Assembly: GCA_965228855.1 (NCBI GenBank)
Contig: CBDDIJ010000003.1
Coordinates: 2,688,001 to 2,752,000 of the forward strand
Length of the DNA stretch: 64,000 bases
Source of the DNA: Candidatus Obscuribacterales bacterium
GTDB taxonomy: Bacteria > Cyanobacteriota > Vampirovibrionia > Obscuribacterales > Obscuribacteraceae
Direction: 5' to 3'
This document shows positions 51,280 to 60,500 of this stretch, one piece after another; the first letter of the stretch is position 1; every line of letters starts with the position of its first letter. The translations under genes and the position numbers were made by a program. The notes under the pieces are model-generated. The model was not told the DNA's origin and ran no database searches. It saw only the letters and a list, made by a program, of their open reading frames with translations.

Positions 51280-51549
51280 GAGCCATGGACAAAGCTGTCG
51301 AAAATCGGTTCGGTTTGCATATAACCAATCACGACTATACCAGGAATCTCAGACCCGACCACTCTTGGTCAATGTAAACCGGCGCACTGTTTCAAGACCC
51401 GAACTAATCTTCATCGACGCTGCAAGCGGTTTCCAAGAGAAACTTTAAGCCCAGAAAGCCATAAACAGTAGTCATCTGGGACTTCTCTGCCTGAAAACTT
51501 ATTAGATAGGGAATATAGAACTTGGGCGCCACCCACCTGCGAGGCGACT

Positions 51550-54500
51550 GTGGTTGAAACTGGGAAGCTGACGGACGACTCCGCGGCTAACAAGAAAAAT
51601 CAAACCGCCCAGACCGAGACTGAGACCCGGTCCGACGTCGCTGCGAAAACAGCCGACGTTGCCGCGCCGCCGGAGACACAGACATCGGCAATCGAGCAAA
51701 TCGCTGTAGACAACCAGACAGGAACTTTGCCGGGAAGCAAGCCTTCCGACCGCTCCCAGGTCGACGGCAACGGTCAACTGGAGATCACACCACTCGATGT
51801 CGCAGCTAGTGACCGATCCGGTGGTGATCCGAAAGACTCGAAAACGGCAATTTCAGGGGATGCGCAGTCCGCCGAAACAAAACCGGGCGATGCCAAACCG
51901 GAAGAGCCGAAGGTGCGGACGCGCGCGGAGGAGCTGGCGCAGACCGTCCCGTACGCGAGCTTCCAGGACGGTCGCACCGATGCTATCGATCTGACTGTTC
52001 AACGAGCATCACTTCTCCCCAAAGGAGACAAGGCTCGCGAGATGATTCTTCGCGACCTCGCCGACTCGTTCGAGAACGGCAAAACCTACGGCGAGCGCGT
52101 TCGCGCGGCTAAGGCATTACTCGAATTGACGCGCGAAAAAGACGGATCCATTCCGGCATCTGTTGTCGACCGCGATGTGGTGATACCGGAAAAGGGTCAC
52201 TGGACACAGAGCTTTCGAAATTCACCTTCGAAATACGTCGTCGACTCAGCCGCCAGGCATGAGATGAAACCGCTAGCCAGCGCGGAGGTTCTCAAGTTTC
52301 TCAACAACAGCGCAGATACGATTGAGCAACAGACTAAAGCGCTCAAAGATGCGCCTGCAGATAGCCATGACAAGCACAATCTGCAACAAAAGCTGCTCTC
52401 GATTTTCCAGACATACGGACAGGATTCGCCGGAGAAAGTGGCTGCCGCCAAAGGATTGCTGGAACTCAATCGCCGACCGGACGGCTCGTATCCGGCCGAC
52501 TTGGGAACCAGAGACATTGAGCATGGGCGCCAGACGCGAAAAGAGCGTGGTCGCGAAGTCCTCGTCAAAGCAGCCTGGACCGAGCACATAACGACGAAAT
52601 TGACCGATGTGCAAGACTATCTGGCAAAACGCAGCGAAGGTTTGCTTGCCGACACCGCCAGGGTGGTCGAGGCTAGAAGCGCCGTCAAACCAGAAGCGAC
52701 CGCGACAAATCAACCCGAGATGCCGCCGACGAAGGCGGAAGCAGCCCCCGACACCGCAGGGTTGAACAAACGCGCAGTCAGCGTGTTCTTCGATTCAACA
52801 AATTCGGCGGACAAAACGGCAGCGGCCATTGCGCTCCTTGAACTCGGGAAAGGTTCTGACGGGACGATTTCCGACCAGCTCGGCTCGCGAACGGTTCACA
52901 TCCCTGCCAAGACTCAAACAGTTTCACATGGCAGGGGCGGCACCAGCACCAAGGTCCTGGAGCCCGCGCGCGACCGAATCGACTCGGTTTCGAAAACAGA
53001 TGCTGCCAGCTATCTTCAATCCCAGTTGGGCGAATCAACGTATCCTCGCACGCGCATGATGGCAGCTGACGCTCTGAAAGGCGCTGGAATCATCGACGAG
53101 AAGCGACACGCCGAAATCGTCAAAGCTGTTTTATCCGATGACCGCACACCCGAAGCCCTCAAAACACAGCTTCGCAACTTGAATTCTCTGGATGTGCGGC
53201 AAGAAGCTTTAAAACGTGAATCCGATGGCAGAATCATTCAAGAGCAGCCCTCTGCCTCAGTTCCATTGGATACGACGCCTGGCGGCACGCGCGACAAAAT
53301 GCAAGTTTTGATGGAGAAGCTCGTTACCATCCCCGCTCTGAAAGACTCGACGACGCCAGAGCAGATTGAAGCAATGAATAAGGAGCTCAGCGAAGGCAGA
53401 TTTGGAGCTGCATCTCGCGACATTTACAATAAATCCGCCACCTACATGAGTGACATGGCGACCGGTCTGGCTGTCAATATCGTAGCCCGCAACGGCAAAC
53501 TCCCGGAAGGATTGCCGATGGAAGTTCCCAAAGACAACAGTGGCAGAGCCATTGGCGACGACCTCCTCAGAGCCCAATTGATTACCGGACGAATAAAAAT
53601 GGAGGTTCCACCGGTCAAGCCCGGCGAGATACCTGACGTCGACGGTCTCACCGATACTGCCTTGTGGAACGTCAAAGCGGCAAAAGAATTCGACAATATG
53701 AACTTGCGCTGGGAGGTCGCCGTATTCGACGACCGGCTCCAGGCTTTCAACAAAGACGGCAAGCTCGACGCCTGGAAGTCCACCGACAACATGAGCATTG
53801 ACGATATGCGCAAGTTGCAGACCTCCAGGGGCGAATGGTTACAGCTTGGAATGCAAGTACGCAACTACGCTCACGCGATTCACTATTTCAACAAAGCGAC
53901 CCAGGATGCGTCAAACATCCCGCGCCTTTCAATTTCCCAAGCAGAATTCGGCGTTTTCTCAGATGAAGCTCTAAGCGACAAAAACTTTCCGGGCAAAGTC
54001 ACTCGCGAAAACGGCAAGATTACGAACGTCGAGATCGACCTGCCGACGACACTAGACCGCAGCGATCCGGCGAATCTGGAAAAGGTCGCGAAGATGCGCG
54101 CCTGGTTGGAAAAGTACGGTCCCAAAGTAGACCAGGTCACTGAAGAGATTACCAAAGCCACACTGGAATCCGGAAGAGTCGCGATGTGGGGCGACATTGA
54201 GCACGAGGGCATCGACAAAGCGACAGGCAAACCTTACAATTTCACGTCCCTGCGAATCAGCGCAGACACGGTGAAGATTAAACTACCGGACGGCACTGAA
54301 GAAGAGCGTATCCGAGTAGTAAGCTCGAAACAAAATCGATACGCCGGCGGTTTATCACTGTATAAAACCGTTGGCGATATTCAGGATGTTGGACCTCCGG
54401 AAACATCCGGTGAGGTAAAGGTCAACGGCAAGGTCCTGTCACTGGACGCCGGCGAAAATGGTGTCGCGGTTGGTGCTAAGGGCGATATCGCGGTCACGGG

Positions 54501-57500
54501 TGATGGCGTCAGCCCTCAGCACGCCAGGATGCGCGTCGCCGCTGACGGTCGCATATTCATCAAAGACAACGATTCAGCTACGGGAACTTACGTCGGCGGT
54601 CAGAGAATCGACAGCTCAAAGTGGGTTGAAGTATTTCCCGATCAGAAGGTCACGCTCGGAAAGCCGCCGGCAGCCCTGGACATAGAGCGAAAAGAAAACG
54701 GCGAAGTCACATTCAACGGTCAAACCTTGAAGGTCGGAGAGCCGGCAAAAATTGGCACGAGCTGCGCGATCAATGTCACCGGAGATGGTGTCAGCAGTGA
54801 GCACGCGCTCGTGAAAGTGGATGCCGACGGCAAGGTCTTCATCAAAGACAATAATTCCGAGAAAGGAACATACGTCAATGGCAAGAAAGTCGGTGCCAAC
54901 GACTGGACTCAAGTGAATGATAGTGACAAAGTAACATTCGGTCCCCCGGCAGCCGATCTGGATATCAAAGCCGATGTACGCCTCTACAAGAAAGGTGACA
55001 TGGTTACGGTTTTGGTCGACGGTCAGATGCAGTTGATGCCGGCTGAAAATATAAAAGCCTGGACGACAGAGGCCGCCACATGGCACTGGACTGGAAAGGG
55101 CGCAATGGCCGCGATGGATCTGGGCATGCTGGTGTCCGGAGGGATTGCACTCAAAGGAGTTCAAGTAGCGGCCGTTCAAGGAGCGAAAGAGGCTGGTGCC
55201 CTCACAGCCAAAGCTGTTTTAGCGCGTATGGTCACCACGCCCGGATTCGCTAGAGGAGCATGGCATCTTGGTCTTGGCGCCACAGGCCTACTTCATCAAT
55301 CAATTGAAAACACCGGTCCTTACGGCAAAAAGTTCATGGAATTTCGCGGCTACGCGATGATGGGCGAGATTTTCTACGGCAGTTTCATTAAGGACGGCGC
55401 CGCAGTAGCTCGCAAAGCCTTCGGAATGACCGCAGCGCCGGCAGAGACGGGAAGCGCGCTCTCGAGCTATTTGAAAGCATCGCCCTGGGCGAATCGCGCG
55501 ATGAATGTCACCGACGGAATGTTCCTCGCGATGAACGGCTATTTCCTTCCTGAGATTGCCGCCCACCAGATGCCCGCTATCATGACCTCTATCAGGAAGC
55601 ATGATGCTGCGCGACTTCTGGAAGCCGGCATGTTGCTGCGCGACGAAAAGTATGAGAGAGCCGACGCATCCGCACCGCGGGTGACACTAGAGGATCAAGT
55701 CCGCAAATTCGCCGACGACCGGACAAGGGATTTGATAACGCAAGCCAAGGCAGAAGCTGAAGAAAAGGCTGCCATGCCGGACGACCAGAAAAAGGCGAAG
55801 CAAGACTACGTCGAGACGTTGACGAACCAGTTTCTCAACCCGAAAAATGACAGCGAGAAAACCGCCGCCGCTTTTGGTCTACTTGCATTTCAAGCTCGCA
55901 GCGCCAATAACGGAAGACTCCCCGAGATTCTCGGTACGAGATGGCGCTCGACAGGTGATCTGCCGGACAATGTTACTGCAACGCAAGTAAAGGCTTACTT
56001 GAACAGTAAAATTCCGGCGTCCATAAACCTACACGATAAAGAACTCCAGGCTCGTGTCGAAGCAAACTACGGAGACGTCGCTCTGGTGGCGGAAAAGCCA
56101 GCCGACCACCCGGATCGCAAAGCGCTCAACGAGAAGATGATACGCGAGTTTGTCGGCTCTTCTGACGAAAACACCAAAGTCGCTGCGGCAATGGGTTTGA
56201 TGCTGCTCAATGAAAACGGGGGCAAACTGCCGGAGTCGATGGGCTCAGCCAGAGGCGCTGACGGTGGGCTCGTGGAGGTGAAAGCCGCCGATGTCCGCAA
56301 TCTTCTGACAAAACATCAATCGAACACCCTGACCGACAGGTTCGATGATTATGCTTCCTCGATGAAGGGAAGTCCGAAGGTAGAAGCGGTCCTTAAAACA
56401 ACGCGTGAATTTCTGGCGGAGAGCGAGCTACCACCTGCGGTGCTCGAAGCAGAACAAATTCGCTTGATGAAGCTGTTCCAGACATCGACGGATCGTGAAG
56501 AGAAGGCGGCTGTGGCGCTATCGCTCCTATTCCTGAGCACTGACAAGACTACCGGAGCGATTCCCTCGACGCTGGCGACACAGCACTTCCGTGTCGAGAG
56601 AGAGTACAAGTCGGCTCCCTATGCGGTATCTCCGGGCGCTTACTCTCCGGTGATGCCACCGACGGTCACCGTCAACAAAATACCGGTGTCTCTGACCGCT
56701 CAGGAGAAGTCTACTTATGCCACCACAGGCAGTATTAGCGATTTCAGGGGCGGAAAGCCATCCAAAGTCGAGATAGAGGCCCGCAAACTGCAAACAGCAG
56801 ACGTTATGCAGTTTCTAAAGGCAAACATGCCTGGCTTCACCCCCAACACACGAATGGCCGTGAGCGATGTACTGTACAGAGCCAATGAGGCACCGATGGC
56901 GGGCGGCTCTGCTCTGACAGATCAAGGCGGCGTGCTTCTCTCGATCGTCGAAGACAAAAATGCTCAAACGGAAGCCCGCATTCAGGCATTAATCAATCCG
57001 CACGGAGTTGGTCTGGCGGATGTAATGGAAATCCACAGATTCGAGACCGAGCCGGGCATCCGAAGATTGCCCGATCGAGAAGCTAGTGCAACTGAGGCAG
57101 ACCTTTACGGTCGCGACTCCAAAGCGATGGAAAAGGCATTGCTCGATATCGTCGCGGACCAGAGTTCCGACAAAGATTTGAAAGCGATTGCATCTGCTAC
57201 GTTGATGGCCAACAGCGAAACGGACCCGACTAGACGCCGCGAGATGCTCGCTCGAATTTCTCAAGAATACGATTCGCTGAAAACCACTCCGGGAGCCTAC
57301 TACAACCAGACATTCAAAGCAGAAAGCGACGTCCTCAACTCCATGTGGAAGGATGACGAATTCAAGCCCGAAGGTGATGAGGGTCGCAGCAGGCTTTACC
57401 GGTCGGCTATCGTTCTTTCACAAAGCGGCAACTGGAAAGAGTTTGGAATCTCAGACGAAAAGATGGCGCGCGCACTGGAAGCTACCTTCATTCCCCAGCA

Positions 57501-60500
57501 ACCAATCGTCGCCCAGCACACGCTCGACCCGCTTCTACGACACTACAACGACCTCGACGATTACAGCAAACAAATCAATCGAGAAAATTTCAAATCTCTG
57601 ATTGGCTCGTCTCAAGGCGGCGTCAACACACCCGGATACCTGCTCCGCCAAGACGTTATCAATCGGGTCGGCGAAATCTCAAAAGTGCTTGGACCCGATT
57701 TTACAACCATGGCGCGCGAGCAATTTGTCGCTATGCTCACTCCTGGTACCGACCAGTTTCGCAGCACGGATGAAAACGTTCGCGCTGCCGCTGTACGTGG
57801 TTTAGGTCAAATAGGCTCTAACGACCTGGCCACACAAGAACTTCTCAAGCGTGTATTGGGCGATGGAAAGACATCCGGTGATTCATCTGCGATGGTTCGT
57901 TCGGCAGCCTTAGATGGGCTTGCAGCACTCCATCCGGCAGACATGAATGTCCTGGCCGCCAATCTTCTCAAGTCGGAAACAGACCCGGAGATTCTGCGAA
58001 AGCTAGGCAACATCGAGAAGAGCACCCGCCGCCTTGATCCCGATTCCGCCGAATATCGAGAACAATTCCGTCAGGCATACAACCGACTGATGGAAGCGAG
58101 CGCGAACAAATATTCGCTTGCCGAAGTTCCAAACTTCATCGCGAAAAACTATCCCATGCTCGACTGGCAAAATCTCAACAATACCGTTTTCAACCGCATG
58201 AAGGAAAACGAAGGTAGTTGGAAGTGGGCAAGCACAAAATACGAAGATATCGTCGAGCCTTACTACAACACGGCGCGTGCCGAGATGCTCCAGCAGCTAG
58301 ACAGCATCGTATCGAAAGCTGCCACTCCCGGTGGTGACATGGAGCGTAGAACGCTAGCCTGGATAGTCATGTCCAACGGCAAGTTCATGGACGAGGCTAC
58401 GAAACAACAAGCTCTCGAAAAAGCATCTTTCGGTCTGTACAATGCCGCCAAAGTCGGCGACGCGAAAACAAAAGAGAGCGTCGCGCCACTTCTGTTGATG
58501 GCGGTTGCCACTCAAGACCGAATGCCGCCGGAAATTCGACACAAAATCGTTAACGGCATAACCTGGTTGGACCCGGGCGCCCCCGGCAGTCCCGTAGCGG
58601 CGAAAGATGCGGGAGTAGCCATACTTGCCGGTTTGAAGCGTCAATTCGAGCGCACGCCACGCGACGGCAACGACCCTGGCTATAAGGCTAGCCACGAACT
58701 GCAGATGCAGATGCTGAACATATACTCTCGCTATGCCGGACAGGAATCGATTCCAATTCTCGAGGCGATGGTGGCATCGCAAAACAAATTCGCCCTCAGC
58801 CGCGACACCAGCGACCGCGTCACCGCCGTCAAATACCCGGATGAAAGCTCGCGTTCCGTCGATTACGATGGAAAAAACGAAGTCTGGAAAGTAACAACCG
58901 CCACCAGAGATGGTGCTGGGCAAACCCTGGTGCGCAAGGGTTCCTCAGACGAATGGTACTTAGAATCCGATTACTCGAAGAAAACTTTCTGGCGGGGTAA
59001 TGCCGAATTCGATCAGATTTCCGGCGCGTTCAAGACTACGGACTCCTTTGGAAAAACTACCATCTATGGTGCCGACGGCTCGATCGTAGAAAAAACCGGA
59101 ACTCAGGTTACGAAGGTTATCCATCCGGACAAATCCAGCCGCGAGCTCAATGCCAATCGAGAAACCTTTGTCGACGCATCCGGCGCCAAACAGATCTGGG
59201 TCCGGGACGGCATCACCAACAACTGGTACAGAGACACTGATAAGAGAAAACAAACGCCCCGGGTCGGCACGCTCGGATTTGACGAGGACGGCAACTACGT
59301 CAGCCAGCAACAAGGGCAGCCAAAATCCGTAATCCGCCCGGACGGCAGCCGCGTGACCTATGACGGCAGCGGCTTGCCGCTCATGTCAACGCCGAGCGCA
59401 GCAGACAACAGCGCTCACCCGATGCCTATGGTGCGAGAGCGTGCTCAGGAGTTGCTCAACCAGCTGCGTGACGGTACCGACATATTGCGCCGGAACACCA
59501 GACTCGATACCACATCATCGGCCCAGCAACTGGCGGACAATCTCAAACTGGTTTTGGAGAAAGGAAACGCCAATAGTGAAGAAGTCGCCAAAGCGATTTT
59601 CACGGCGGCGCTTTCAAAACCGATTGACAGCGCGAGCGACCCGCGCCGAGACGTGCTTCGCGTTCTTCTCGAAGACAAGCATGAAAAGGTGCGTTTAGCA
59701 GCCGCACGCGTCCTCTTCGACACCGGAGTCGCCACCACTGGTGGAGCGGAGGTGACGGAAAGGAATAGGGTGGTTTCAACACAAGACAAAGAGCGCGCCG
59801 CCCTGGTACTGGCCGATTTGTACAAGAACGGCAGCAGAGCCGGTTATAGAGATGAGGCAGGACGATTAATACGATCCGTTCTCGATTCCCAGCAAACAGG
59901 TCAGCCGAGAAGTGGGTCGGCACAAATTCTCGACGCCGCAATGGAAAGAACTCCTGATGCGCGACGCCCGGACATAGAGAACCCGAATCAACCGCACAGC
60001 ATCGACCAACAAGAAAAATACGAACAGGCGACCGGCGCGATGATTCGCGATACGCAAATTTCGCTGGACCAGCTGTCTGATTCAGAATGGTGGAAGAAGC
60101 ACGGATTTGGTTTGCTCGAGGCCAACTCGTTCAAGAATGCGATGTATGAAACGGCGGACAACGTCTCTTTCAACATGTGGGAAAAGCTGGTGTACGTCTT
60201 CGACGGCGACCCGGCGCAGAAGAAGTTTCAAGCCGCGCTCGACAATCTCAACAACCAACGCGGAGAGCAGCTTGGGAAACTGAAAGAGAGAGCACTGTCC
60301 AACGATAACGGTGAAGAAGCTACCACCGCAAGGAAAGCTCTTGCCCTGATCGTCTTGAGCAACGGCTATCCTCTTTCACCAGAAATTCGCTCGAACACAG
60401 TCAAAGAAGCAGCGATAACTCTCAGCACAATTTACAGGAAGGGCGGACCGGCAGCTGATTATGCAGAGCAAATTATAACGGCGGCTTTAGTTGCGAACCC

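Noticed and set aside
51285..51377. 30-codon ORF after giant gene 2 as a possible immunity gene
   Set aside because: Very short, no clear RBS and no recognisable features.
58771..59415. Rhs toxin call for giant protein 3
   Set aside because: Only a short YD-like tract; no long Rhs cage, no DPxG core motif and no PAAR or VgrG domain.
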